64,000 bases of DNA from Methanomassiliicoccaceae archaeon (GCA_040776945.1 JAXGZN010000001.1:640001-704000), one strand, 5' to 3'. Counted from the stretch's first letter, positions 50,601-59,846 are shown. The notes: generated by a model from the letters alone, not told the origin. Made by a program: numbers and translations.

Positions 50601-51152
50601 GTTGCCGGATACAGGACCGTTCACGAAGAACAACGCGCTGCCATCGGTCGTGCTGCGGTAGGTGCGGCCTCCGTCCGAGAGGACCGAGGACCAGTGGCCG
50701 TTGTTGTAGATGTTGATGCCAGGGTTGCGGTACCGGCCGCTGTCGTCGTACACCCCGCCGACCACGGTGTACAGGTCGCACGGGCGCATGGTCACCGAAG
50801 TAACGTTAGAGATGGATGACACGAACCTCAGCCGAATGTTGTATCCCGGAGCGGAAGCGTCCGCGTCGTAGTACACGCCGCGCTGCAGGGAGATCACGGC
50901 CGAGTTGCCCCAGCGGTACAGGTTGCCGATGGTCACGTACCCATCGAAGGACAGCTGTTGTACCTCGATGTACTCCGCCGCATCGCTGTACGTGATCTCC
51001 AGCGTGAACACCATCGTCTGCACCGGGACGTTGACGAGCATCGTCGCCCCGGCGGTGCCGTTGGCCACCGTCCCGTCGAACGTCCATCCGGACTCGAACC
51101 CCACGCCGGGATTGTGGTACGAGGCCGGGGTGAAGCTGATAAGCACCATCAC
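47658..51152 (-). CDS. Large surface-type protein (5'-truncated): beta domains, DTDxDG Ca-binding repeats, P-proprotein-like domain, amphipathic linker, multi-TM variable tip
   Basis: DSDNDG, DTDSDG, DTDDDG and 3x DTDGDG; VRVHVGI..DIEVW..FMVADQ..DGQV; AT-richer hydrophobic last ~245 aa. Confidence 0.85.
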   Translation of the reverse strand: MMVLISFTPASYHNPGVGFESGWTFDGTVANGTAGATMLVNVPVQTMVFTLEITYSDAAEYIEVQQLSFDGYVTIGNLYRWGNSAVISLQRGVYYDADASAPGYNIRLRFVSSISNVTSVTMRPCDLYTVVGGVYDDSGRYRNPGINIYNNGHWSSVLSDGGRTYRSTTDGSALFFVNGPVSGNFHEVELVYRSQNQFVVSQWTGTSFVDVKTIQASSSWTTASFRIDPSTFVDYMWGTQLNILFKIGTASVSVAELHLLIDSDNDGAVDRMEADRTNDRYLDPFSDDTDSDGLKDADEGYFGTIYGHTSPWDPDTDDDGLMDGAERWSQSWSTDKFYKVPNGSWSDRAIMSITIPSIPASVEITAVRVHVGIVTDRAQDIEVWMYKVGSGLPNLCLYDQWNVGANVFETYIPLSPHYTISLYRQGGTFEFMVADQNYAGSDGQVQYVILQLEGKTNPLVKDTDGDGIWDGEEVSFGEDGWITNPVLYDTDGDGIWDRDEIEGITPCNQPLDPTCADTDGDGFRDNVDKYLGDMMLHVNINFLNLWEDINWGNVHDIFFVLTYYDDVTDSTIALSTERLYDVYTHEDRYFNFNYYIQVDDTGTSKGFVMMAVADNAGNPPAYDDIKLDMEDTDPNHCDYPFTFYYSNGHTEYYSHGDLSDGWFNVNSECEVGFFVETAIAPKSNLIIVNSTEENSDLYVIGANNYRYTADGQVYMLYVTVQGSSAHFSPGVNTIIVPRYLALESKFSDVLTSNPSGSELSGGSFYSTDGSQAFSSGHIVAVFEKTMSNYAAEELLGKLTHDPTNAQIGNSVVISPSNLYLLHLPADIQSRLPYNIQSSPLGEAPDYLTVGEVLEFVFDCLVAIGTTLYNLAEMVYEAGVKLISTITNAYISVIQTAVTKIVNAFQAFVDWAIDFITDTIETAVGSVLGNLGIGSSGACGVISSLLTVATQSIQSGSMTENEGAATIGAPIIDMIDALMIVATAVTAAIMILSVVLMPYSFLINEVVIPLVLTLMVSTVLQTALGFNPLSLINGGDQLRNQMETIIGSELASQIEIVLGLSISIFNFLAEKIQMLMAIDPLGVVSFAIATIGFALALWSLAVENPLESLQLSCIGFVLSILGFAIYLVKPVKLPTVGKFLLGFAIFDISVSTFSLYTAAERARNA
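48429..48531. repeat. 103-bp perfect inverted repeat, inner arm
   Basis: Reverse complement equals 51117-51219 base for base. Confidence 0.95.
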
Positions 51153-51219
51153 GAACGCCTACATATCGGTCATACAGACGGCGGTGACGAAGATAGTGAA
51201 CGCGTTCCAGGCGTTCGTG
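51117..51219. repeat. 103-bp perfect inverted repeat, outer arm; continues on + as a short alternative tip to 51282
   Basis: Encodes YEAGVKLISTITNAYISVIQTAVTKIVNAFQAFV on +, then TWAVEFFEGTIFKLHADFHR*. Confidence 0.95.
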
Positions 51220-51355
51220 ACGTGGGCGGTGGAGTTCTTCGAGGGGACCATTTTTAAGCTTCATGCCGACTTTCATCGATGAATTCAGAGTCCAGACATT
51301 TGGTGAAAGGGCGAGCAAATCATTTTAGCCGTCCTGGGTCTTCCTAAGGATGTCC

Positions 51356-52501
51356 ATGAAGCGCACTCCATTGTACGACGCCCATGTCGAATTAGGCGCC
51401 CGGATGGTCGAGTTCGGCGGCTGGGAGATGCCGGTCCAGTACACCAGTATCCTGGAGGAGCACCGAGCGGTCAGGGAGCGAGCGGGAATGTTCGACGTCT
51501 CCCACATGGGCGACCTGATCATCCGCGGGGCGGGAGCGGAGGACTCGCTTCGAGAGCTCCTTACCAACGACATCAAGGACCTCGCTCTGAGTAAGGGCAT
51601 CTACGCCCACATGCTGAACGAGGAAGGGAAGATCATGGACGACACCTTCACCTTCCGCGCAGGTTCTGACACCTACCTCCTGGTCCCGAACGCCTCGCAT
51701 GCCCAGCAGATCCATGAGTGGGTCCGCGACCACGTTCGAGGAGCGATCGTCACCAATGTCTCGGAGCGCGTGGCGGCCATCGCCCTGCAGGGGCCGAGAG
51801 CGCAGGAGGTGCTGCAGCGCCTCACCGACAAGGACCTGAAGAGCGTGAAGAGGCTATACAGCGATATCGTCAACCTCAAGGTCTCGTCGCCGAGCGGACC
51901 CGAGCGCTTCCTTCCCGATGTTCTAAACTTCCCCGCGCCCCTGCCCGGCACCACGCAGAGCTACGTCACCCGCACTGGCTACACCGGCGAGGATGGGTTC
52001 GAGATCCTCGTGGAGCGCGGAGCGGCGGTCGCGGTGTGGAACGCGCTGCTCGCCGCGGGCAAGGACCTCGGGCTCATGCCCTGCGGACTAGGGGCCAGGG
52101 ACCTCCTCCGCCTGGAGATGGGGTACCTGCTCTCGGGCACCGACTTCGACGGCACACAGAGCACCCTGGAGACCGGGCCTGCTTGGGCGATCAAGTGGGA
52201 CCATGCGTTCATCGGCCGGGAAGCGATGATGAAGCAGAAGGAGCGCGGCGGATATCGCAAGCTTGTTGGGCTCGAGCTCCAGAACAGGGGCATCCCCCGG
52301 CATGGCTATCCCGTCGTCGTCGGCAACCGTGAGGTCGGCATGGTGACCTCCGGTACTCTGTCACCCATCTTGCAGAAGGGCATTGCCCTCGCGTACGTGG
52401 ACGCGGAGCTCACCAAGGAGAACACCGAGCTCGCGGTGAGGATCAGGGACAATTATGTCCGTGCCATCGTGGTCAAACCGCCGTTCATCAGGAAGGGGTG
52501 A
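51356..52501 (+). CDS. gcvT: Glycine cleavage system aminomethyltransferase T
   Basis: KRTPLY, FGGWEMPVQY, FDVSHMG, TGYTGEDGFE, GLGARD.LRLEMG. Confidence 0.95.
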   Translation: MKRTPLYDAHVELGARMVEFGGWEMPVQYTSILEEHRAVRERAGMFDVSHMGDLIIRGAGAEDSLRELLTNDIKDLALSKGIYAHMLNEEGKIMDDTFTFRAGSDTYLLVPNASHAQQIHEWVRDHVRGAIVTNVSERVAAIALQGPRAQEVLQRLTDKDLKSVKRLYSDIVNLKVSSPSGPERFLPDVLNFPAPLPGTTQSYVTRTGYTGEDGFEILVERGAAVAVWNALLAAGKDLGLMPCGLGARDLLRLEMGYLLSGTDFDGTQSTLETGPAWAIKWDHAFIGREAMMKQKERGGYRKLVGLELQNRGIPRHGYPVVVGNREVGMVTSGTLSPILQKGIALAYVDAELTKENTELAVRIRDNYVRAIVVKPPFIRKG

Positions 52502-52504
52502 GGG

Positions 52505-53560
52505 ATGAGGACCAAGGTCGTGGACACGCTGCAGGACCTGCTGGCCATGGACAGCGACCTGCACGCGGACATGAGCACCATCCTCAGGTTCACCCGCCGC
52601 AGACTGGAGTCCGCAGGAATGCGCGTCCGCCAGGTCGGGCCTCAGCGCTACCCGGCGCTCATCGCCACCTACGGCAAGAACGGCATGCTGTTCTCCGGGC
52701 ACCTGGACACGGTGCCGGTGGGCGACAACTGGACGATGTTCCAGGGGGAGGAGGACGGCAACCGCATCTACGGCCGCGGCACCTGCGACATGAAGGGCGC
52801 GTGCGCCGCCATGATCGAGGCCGCCGGCGAACTGGTGGACGACGACGTCCCGTTCAGCATCTGCCTCACCACCGACGAGGAGGAGCAGATGGAAGGCGTA
52901 GACGCCATCGTGAAGGAGGACATCGTGCGCAAGGCCAAGGGCGTCCTGATCATGGAGCCGACCGAGCTGGCGCCGGCGTACCGCGAGAAGGGTGTCTTCC
53001 GCTTCCGCCTGACGACACGAGGGCGCGCCGCGCACGCCAGCCAGCCGTGGCTGGGAGACGACGCGATACTCAAGATGCACTATTGCCTCGATCGGCTTCT
53101 CGACCTGGCGGAGATGTCCTCTCAGCGCTCAACGGGCATGACCGTCTGCTTCTCTACCATCCGGGGGGGCAACAAGAACAACGTGGTCTCGGACCACTGC
53201 AGCGTGGAGGTCGACATCCGGCATCCGTCCACGCAGACCGCCAATGACATCGAGGACATCATCGCGAACCGCCTGCGAGGCGAGGTGTACGAGATGGACA
53301 TCGAGTACACCCTGGGGGCGTTCGAGTCCGACCCGGATTCGGAGATCAGCCGGGAGCTGTCTAACTTTTTGGGCACCGATCCCATCGTCGTGCCCTACGC
53401 CACCGAGGCGCCGAAGTACGCGGCGGTGAACCCGCATGTGTACATCTGCGGGCCCGGCGACCCCCGCCTGGCGCACACCGTCGACGAGTACGTCGAGATA
53501 CAAGAGCTGGAGGAGGCGCACGACATGATCGTGCACCTGGCCAAGTACGTTCAGGGGTAG
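52505..53560 (+). CDS. M20-family metallo-hydrolase (ArgE/DapE-like)
   Basis: SGHLDTVP, GRGTCDMKG, DEE, EPT, AH..DEY. Confidence 0.9.
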   Translation: MRTKVVDTLQDLLAMDSDLHADMSTILRFTRRRLESAGMRVRQVGPQRYPALIATYGKNGMLFSGHLDTVPVGDNWTMFQGEEDGNRIYGRGTCDMKGACAAMIEAAGELVDDDVPFSICLTTDEEEQMEGVDAIVKEDIVRKAKGVLIMEPTELAPAYREKGVFRFRLTTRGRAAHASQPWLGDDAILKMHYCLDRLLDLAEMSSQRSTGMTVCFSTIRGGNKNNVVSDHCSVEVDIRHPSTQTANDIEDIIANRLRGEVYEMDIEYTLGAFESDPDSEISRELSNFLGTDPIVVPYATEAPKYAAVNPHVYICGPGDPRLAHTVDEYVEIQELEEAHDMIVHLAKYVQG

Positions 53561-54843
53561 ACTCTGGAAACCGTCCGGGGGAACGGCACCGCGTCGCGGA
53601 TGTGCTCCAGCCCGCAGATGAACTTGACCACCCTCTCGATGCCGAGCCCGAACCCGGAGTGCGGCACCGAGCCGAAGCGGCGGAGATCGATGTACCACTG
53701 GTACGGCTCCATGCAGATGTCCTGCTCCCGCATCCTGGCGACCAGCTTGTCAAGGTCGGTCTCCCTCTCCGAGCCGCCGATGATCTCGCCAAAGCCGCCC
53801 GGAGCGAGGAGATCAGCGCAGGCGTAGGTGCGCGGGTCCTCGGGGTCCTCTTTCATGTAGAAGGCCTTGCACTCCTTAGGATAGTTCGTCACGAACACCG
53901 GAACGGTCTCCTCGGCGGTGAGCGCTCTTTCTTCGGGAGCGCCGAGGTCGCAGCCCCAGCCGATGTCGTAGCCCTGACCGCGCAGCTTATCCATTGCCTG
54001 GACGTAGGTCATGCGCTTGAACGGGGGGACGATCGCCTTCAGCGGCTCAATGTCCTTGCGCATCAGCGACAGTTCGTCGGCGGCGTTCTTGAGGACGGCC
54101 TCGACCATCGCTGTCACCATCTGCTCCTGGATCTCCATGTTGCCCCTGTTGTCCACCCACGCCTCCTCCAGCTCGAGGTGCCAATACTCGGTGAGATGCC
54201 TGGTGGTCCGCGATTTCTCGGCCCGGAAGGACGGGGTGATGGAATACACTCGGTCCAGCGAGAAGATCAGCGCCTCCAGGTACATCTGGGCGCTCTGGCT
54301 CAGGTAGGCGTCGCGGTCGAAGTACTTCAGTTTGAACAGCGTGGTCCCGCCCTCGCAGGCGTTCGTCGTCAGGATCGGCGGCGTCACCTCGGTGAAGTCA
54401 TTCTCCCTCAGCCAGTCCCTCGCGCCGGCCATAGCTGCGGCCTTGATGCGCATGACCGCCGTCTGCTCGCGGGAACGGATCCACAGGTGGCGGTTGTCGA
54501 GCAGCAGCTCCTCGCTCTGGTACTCGGTTATTGGGAAAGTGTCCGCCGGTCCCACCACGGTGAACGAGGACGCGCGAAGTTCCTTGCCCCCGGGGGCGCG
54601 CTTGTCGTCGAACAGCTTGCCTCTCACCTTGACCGACGATTCCACGGTCGCATCGTGCGCCGCCTCGAACTCCGTCTCCGGCAGGTTGCCCTTCTTCACC
54701 GTGACCTGGATGATGCCGGTGTGGTCCCGGAGGACGAGGAAAACGATCGCACCGCTGGACCGGGCCCGGTAGATCCATCCTCTTGCCTCGACCTCAGCGT
54801 CGGCAGGGGCGCTGAAAAGCCGCTTCACTGGAAGATAGGACAT
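53551..54843 (-). CDS. asnS: Asparagine--tRNA ligase
   Basis: FRAEKSRT.RHLTEYW, EIIGGSERE, WYIDLRRFGSVPHSGFGLGIER, PFPR. Confidence 0.93.
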   Translation of the reverse strand: MSYLPVKRLFSAPADAEVEARGWIYRARSSGAIVFLVLRDHTGIIQVTVKKGNLPETEFEAAHDATVESSVKVRGKLFDDKRAPGGKELRASSFTVVGPADTFPITEYQSEELLLDNRHLWIRSREQTAVMRIKAAAMAGARDWLRENDFTEVTPPILTTNACEGGTTLFKLKYFDRDAYLSQSAQMYLEALIFSLDRVYSITPSFRAEKSRTTRHLTEYWHLELEEAWVDNRGNMEIQEQMVTAMVEAVLKNAADELSLMRKDIEPLKAIVPPFKRMTYVQAMDKLRGQGYDIGWGCDLGAPEERALTAEETVPVFVTNYPKECKAFYMKEDPEDPRTYACADLLAPGGFGEIIGGSERETDLDKLVARMREQDICMEPYQWYIDLRRFGSVPHSGFGLGIERVVKFICGLEHIRDAVPFPRTVSRVYP

Positions 54844-55062
54844 CGGCCGTCCATCAGCGTTCAACTATCAAATCGTTTCGCCCCGCCAGTCGCTGGCATG
54901 GAGCTTGCATTATTGCCTCGCCAGGAGTAGGCCGTTCTGTGGGAGAGCAGAGGCAGCCCGATATCGTTCTGGGAGGGAACGGGATAGCAGTTCATGATGT
55001 TGGTCAAGGTGCACGTTCAGGCCGGAGAAGAGCATTTATCCGGGTCTGGCCATCGGAGCAGC

Positions 55063-55503
55063 GTGAGGATACGGTCGGCCGGCATCGAGGAGCTGCCGGA
55101 GGTGCAGAACATCGAGAACTCCTGCTTCCAGGAGGAGCGCTACTCCACCGAGGTGCTCGCCGCCATGCTCGAAGAGGAGGGCTTCGAGACGTTCCTGGCC
55201 GAGGAGGACGGCGAGATCATGGGCTCCGCCACCGTGAACTATCGAGATGACCTTATCGCCGCGCAGCTGGTCTCCATCGCCGTGCTGCCTCAGCATCGCG
55301 GAAGGGGCGTGGCTAAGGCCTTGCTCTCCGAGGCGGAGGCCCGAGTAGTGCGAAGGGGCGCCGACATAATGGTCCTGCAGGCAGGAGTGACCAACATCGC
55401 CGCGCTGACCCTTTACCTGTGCTATGGGTACGTGCTCCGGGGCGTGATAGGCGATTACTATGGCCCCGGCCGGGATGCGTATTTCATGGACAAGATGCTC
55501 TAA
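55063..55503 (+). CDS. GNAT N-acetyltransferase (RimI-like)
   Basis: SIAVLPQHRGRGVAKALL, N.AA..LY, YY.PG.DAY.M. Confidence 0.88.
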   Translation: MRIRSAGIEELPEVQNIENSCFQEERYSTEVLAAMLEEEGFETFLAEEDGEIMGSATVNYRDDLIAAQLVSIAVLPQHRGRGVAKALLSEAEARVVRRGADIMVLQAGVTNIAALTLYLCYGYVLRGVIGDYYGPGRDAYFMDKML

Positions 55504-55623
55504 TCGCAACCGGCGAGCTTCAAGCGTCCTACCAGTCCAGCGCGCTCGAGGAAAATCAATATATAGACATCGTAGTATTCGCCGTGCTGTCATCCCTTGT
55601 GGATGTTGGCCGGGTGAAGGAAG

Positions 55624-55791
55624 ATGGAAGAGACCCTATGTAATGTTGAATTCATCAAGGACAACAACGACTATATCGCAAGAGTTCAGAGCGAGATAGG
55701 CGGGGTGAGAGAGTACCGCAGCTCCTCCCTGGAAGAGGTGCTTGAGCAGGTCATCATCGATCTCCAAGAAGAGTTCGAGACCGCTGGATAA
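55624..55791 (+). CDS. Small acidic protein, 55 aa; not in ORF track
   Basis: MEETLCNVEFIKDNNDYIARVQSEIGGVREYRSSSLEEVLEQVIIDLQEEFETAG*; GGTGA SD-like element upstream. Confidence 0.7.
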   Translation: MEETLCNVEFIKDNNDYIARVQSEIGGVREYRSSSLEEVLEQVIIDLQEEFETAG

Positions 55792-55877
55792 GGCCGTTTC
55801 GGCCCCTTGTGAATAGAGCCGTTGCTATTCATAGGGCATATCTTCCTATACATCCTATAGTGTCAGGAGGTCATCCT

Positions 55878-56225
55878 ATGCATAACCGGGAAAAGTCCGA
55901 ATATGATTCGGTGATATCGAACTACTTTGGGGACGAGCAGGTCACCGCGCTGATCAACCTCAAAGTGGAGACCAAGGACGCCGACATCATCGCTGAGGCC
56001 ATTGCGGAACAGGACGCGGTCGATGACGTGTACCTGGTGACGGGAGACACAGATATCGTGGCGGCCGTCAAGTTCGATACCTATGGTCAGCTGAAGCGTT
56101 TCCTAATGGACACCGTGACCAGCATTCCAGGGGTGAAGGAGAGCAAGACCTTCATGGTGGTAACCACCTTCAAGAAGGGTGGCGAGCTCAGGTACGAGCG
56201 GACCGAAGGTCCGGAAAGCAAGTGA
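55878..56225 (+). CDS. Lrp/AsnC ligand-binding (RAM) domain protein
   Basis: VYLVTGDTDIV, IPGVKESKTF; no HTH. Confidence 0.85.
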   Translation: MHNREKSEYDSVISNYFGDEQVTALINLKVETKDADIIAEAIAEQDAVDDVYLVTGDTDIVAAVKFDTYGQLKRFLMDTVTSIPGVKESKTFMVVTTFKKGGELRYERTEGPESK

Positions 56226-56263
56226 TGAGGAGCAATCCTCCCCGCTCGACGGGGGTGAGACCA

Positions 56264-56518
56264 ATGGTAGACAACGTGAAACTCAAGCAGATAATGGACG
56301 TGTTGGACCAGTTGGCAGAGGACACCTCGGTGCCTCGCAACATACGACGCGGCGCTACCGACGCCAAGGGGCGGCTGCAGCAGACCAACGAGGCCATGGA
56401 CGTCAGGGCGGCCAGTGCCGTTCACATATTGGACGAGCTGGCCAACGACCCCAACATTCCCCTCCACGGAAGGACGCTGATCTGGAACATCATCAGCCAG
56501 CTAGAGACGGTCAAGTGA
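56264..56518 (+). CDS. UPF0147 family protein
   Basis: DTSVPRNIRR, LDELANDPNIPLHGRTLIW. Confidence 0.92.
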   Translation: MVDNVKLKQIMDVLDQLAEDTSVPRNIRRGATDAKGRLQQTNEAMDVRAASAVHILDELANDPNIPLHGRTLIWNIISQLETVK

Positions 56519-56565
56519 GCCGCCTCAAAACCTTTTAATCAATCGTTCACAATCAGCCTCGACAG

Positions 56566-56637
56566 GCGGGCGTAGTCTAGTGGTTAGGACTTAAGCTTCC
56601 CAAGCTTGAAGCCCGGGTTCGAATCCCGGCGCCCGCA
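56566..56637 (+). tRNA. tRNA-Gly(CCC)
   Basis: GCGGGCG/CGCCCGC acceptor stem, TAAGC TT CCC AA GCTTG anticodon arm, GGTTCGAATCC T-arm. Confidence 0.96.
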
Positions 56638-56950
56638 CACCTTATTAACATTCTCTGACTCTGCTGCAAAGCTCATCCAGTATGTTCGAGCGGATATTTT
56701 TATCCGCAATGGTAGCGAGGCGACCATGATGGCGACCAGATATGCCTGGATACGAGACTGCCATGGACCTTGGCCTATCGATCCGGACAATGAAATAGAC
56801 CGACCGAGTGAACATGATATCTAATTGTTGAACTATCTGGCCAACCTACATTTCCCTTGGAACGCAAATTTTGCAACGGTGCCCGAAACTATCCCTCCTC
56901 GTTCATAATTTAAGGATAACTGAGAAAAAACCCTACAGCCTTTCAGGGCC

Positions 56951-57820
56951 GTGGACCGAAGTGCCAGGACCCTATCGCTCGTCGTGATACTCTCGATCGT
57001 TCTGCCTCTCATCTTCGTCGCTTCCATGTCGGCCAGCGGAGCGGGGTCGGCGGACCTTGCAACGCAAGGGCTGATCCTCGCGATGACACTGCCCCTTCTG
57101 TCCCTATCGGTCTACATGTGGATCACCGGAAAGGGCGCCATGCTGATCGCCGGGCACAATACCTCACCCCGGGCCGTCAGGGACCTGTACGACTCCAGGG
57201 CCATGGCGAAGTTCGTCGGAAAGCTGGTAACGGCGTTCCTCATCCTCCTGCTGATAGGCCTGGAGTCCCTGATCCTTGGCCTGGGGTCCCTGTTCGCGCT
57301 CCTTCTCGCCGCTGCCATTGTCCTCATGGTCGCCAGCATCGTGTACATGAACACCGGCCGCAGGTTCCTCAAGGAGGGCGCGGACCCCTCCAAGGTCGTG
57401 ATGACGCCCGCGGACAAGAAGCGCAAGAGGATGGTCACGCTCGCTGCCCTGGGCGTTACCGGGGCCGTCCTGGCGATCGCGTTCTTCCTCAGCACCACGG
57501 GGAGCGTGAGCTTTTCGCTGGAGGACGATGCCTTTGTGGTCACCGCCCCATTCGTCGACGAGCGCATCCTCTTTGTTAACATCTCCGAGGTGGAGCTCCG
57601 GGAAAGCTTCGACAACGGCCGCCGGGTCAACGGGTTCGGAGGGACGGAGATAAGCAGCGGCAACTTCCAAAACGACGAGCTCGGACGCTACACCCTGGCG
57701 AGGTACAATGAAGTCGCGAGCTGCATCGTCGTGCGTTATGACGGAGAGGTGCTGGTCTTCAACCTGGCCACGGCCGAGGACACGGCCAGCGCCTATGAGC
57801 AGCTTGTGTCCAGAGCATGA
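56951..57820 (+). CDS. Membrane protein, DUF3784-like plus C-terminal bacterial PH domain
   Basis: GKGAMLIAGHNT..YD, several TM helices, RVNGFG..SGNFQNDELGRY. Confidence 0.75.
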   Translation: MDRSARTLSLVVILSIVLPLIFVASMSASGAGSADLATQGLILAMTLPLLSLSVYMWITGKGAMLIAGHNTSPRAVRDLYDSRAMAKFVGKLVTAFLILLLIGLESLILGLGSLFALLLAAAIVLMVASIVYMNTGRRFLKEGADPSKVVMTPADKKRKRMVTLAALGVTGAVLAIAFFLSTTGSVSFSLEDDAFVVTAPFVDERILFVNISEVELRESFDNGRRVNGFGGTEISSGNFQNDELGRYTLARYNEVASCIVVRYDGEVLVFNLATAEDTASAYEQLVSRA

Positions 57821-57853
57821 AGGGCGCAGCAACCAGGACCGCCTCTTCAGCGC

Positions 57854-58846
57854 CTACTTGTCCCGGCCCGCCGCTATTCTGCACGTCGGCGAGTCCTCCG
57901 CGGCCCCAGCCGGCAGCGACTCCGCCTCGATGTACACCCTGTTCGTCTCGGAGTAAGCGCTCTTGAGGTCCGCCTCGATGCGGCGAATGGCCTGGTGCAT
58001 CTGCTCGGCCGTTGTCCCGGCGGTGAAGCACACGCCCATGTTCACCAGCAGGTCGTGGGGGCCCATGTACATGGTGAGTATGTCCCCGGCCCGCTCCACC
58101 GCGGGGTCCGCCTCCACCCTGCGGCGGATGTCCGCTAGCTCCTCGCGGCTGACGCCCTCGCCCACCAGCAGCCCCATGGTCCTCCTGATCAGGAACGCCG
58201 CCACGCTCATCAGCAGTAGGCCGATGGCGATGGACGCTATGCCGTCGAGGTGTGGGTTGTTGAGCAGATGCCCCAGGAATATGCCAAGGAAGGCGAAGAC
58301 CAGGCCGAGCAGGGCGGCACCGTCCTCCAGCACCACGGCGTACAGGCTGGGGTCCTTGGAGCCTTTCATGAACTGCACCGGGCTTGAACCGCCCCGGGCG
58401 GCACGGAACTGCCTGACCGCTACGGTAAAGGACGAGCCCTCGATCAGCATCGCCAGCGCGAGGACGATATACGCTGCCGTGGGGTCTCCCATCGCCACAT
58501 TCGGTGCGACGTGCCTTATGTGGGCTATGCCCTCGTAGACGGACATGCCGCCGCCAATACCGAAGATGGATATCGCGACGATGTTGGTGTAGAAGTACAA
58601 CGACTTGCCGTGGCCGAAGGGATGAGCCTCGTCAGCGGGCTGGGCGGCCTTCTTCAATCCGACCAGGAGCAGGAGGCCGTTGCCGGTGTCCACGAGCGAG
58701 TGTATGCCCTCCGAGACCATGGCCGACGAGCCGCTGATGGCCGCCGCCACGAACTTGATGATCGCGATCACCAGGTTGCCGATGACCGCCGCCACAACCG
58801 CTATCTTGGACTCGCCCTGGGCTGACAGATCGCTTTCCTGCTCCAT
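57854..58846 (-). CDS. Cation diffusion facilitator transporter
   Basis: SEGIHSLVD, HPFGHG, EDGAAL, LLVGE. Confidence 0.92.
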   Translation of the reverse strand: MEQESDLSAQGESKIAVVAAVIGNLVIAIIKFVAAAISGSSAMVSEGIHSLVDTGNGLLLLVGLKKAAQPADEAHPFGHGKSLYFYTNIVAISIFGIGGGMSVYEGIAHIRHVAPNVAMGDPTAAYIVLALAMLIEGSSFTVAVRQFRAARGGSSPVQFMKGSKDPSLYAVVLEDGAALLGLVFAFLGIFLGHLLNNPHLDGIASIAIGLLLMSVAAFLIRRTMGLLVGEGVSREELADIRRRVEADPAVERAGDILTMYMGPHDLLVNMGVCFTAGTTAEQMHQAIRRIEADLKSAYSETNRVYIEAESLPAGAAEDSPTCRIAAGRDK

Positions 58847-59045
58847 AGGAGCGAGGATGCAGATGCCTGGATGGTATTTCAACATTGAGCTGTCCGCGCC
58901 CGCACCCTTTCCGTCCAGGGGAGCGCTCGCGCCGGTCGCCTCCTCGCTGACCGGACGAGCGTCCGGAGGGTCCGTCCGTTCCGTCTCCGAAGTAACGGGC
59001 TGATGATTAAATAGCTGACATTAAAATCCCCCACGGGGAAGCCAG

Positions 59046-59670
59046 ATGCTCTGCACGAACTGCAACGCCCTGATCAGCGAAGGATCTTCCTTCTGCCCCC
59101 GATGCGGGAAGCCTGTGGTCACAGGCAACGGCGGGCAGCAGAAGGAGACGCCGACAGAACCGACCTCCATGGACCTGCCGCCGCGCCTCAATCAAGGAGT
59201 CCGGCCTGTTCAACAAGTCGTACTCGGCGATCGAGACCATCGCCCTGGAGGACCTCACCGGGGTGACCACGAAGAGGGGATTGTTCTCTTCGGCGCTGAT
59301 CATCAGCCACGAGCGCGGTGAGACCAAGATCGTGAACCTTTACAGCGTCGATCCCGCCGGAGATCCCCACGGCAAGGCAGTGGCCCCCGAGCTGGTGCAA
59401 CACCTGCTGAACAATGCCGCCCGCGGCAGGCTCGAGGATCTAGAGCGGGAGAAGCAGATGAGCCGGGTCCAGTACGTTCTCGACTTCTCCTTCCTGAGGT
59501 CGGAGATGGAGAAGGGCGGAATAGTGGTGCAGACCATCAAGTGCCCGGCGTGCGGAGCGGGGATGGCGCTCCCGCCCTCTGGCAATAATGCCAGGTGCCC
59601 CTACTGCGGGAGCATGGTCCAAGCCCAGGACATATTCGAGAAGATGAAAGGGCTGATAGGAGCGCTCTGA
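59046..59670 (+). pseudogene. Zinc-ribbon protein split by a frameshift/deletion near 59170-59190
   Basis: N-terminal CTNC..FCPRCG in one frame; KESGLFNKSY..KCPACG..RCPYCG in another. Confidence 0.6.
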
Positions 59671-59846
59671 ACCCGCTCCTGACGCGGCCTCGACCGCCCG
59701 ACGTCTGAAGCGTAGCCTGCAATCGCCCGATGATCATTTCCAGGCATGGCCAGCGGTCCGCTGTTATCAGGAACCGCCTCCGGACCGTCCTGTATTTTAT
59801 ATCCAATCATCAATTTTATAGCCCGAACCTACCTGGAGGCACCTGA

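Noticed and set aside
56638-56950. Integrated element at tRNA-Gly
   Set aside because: AT-richer spacer, but no integrase and no duplicated tRNA 3' end seen in the window.
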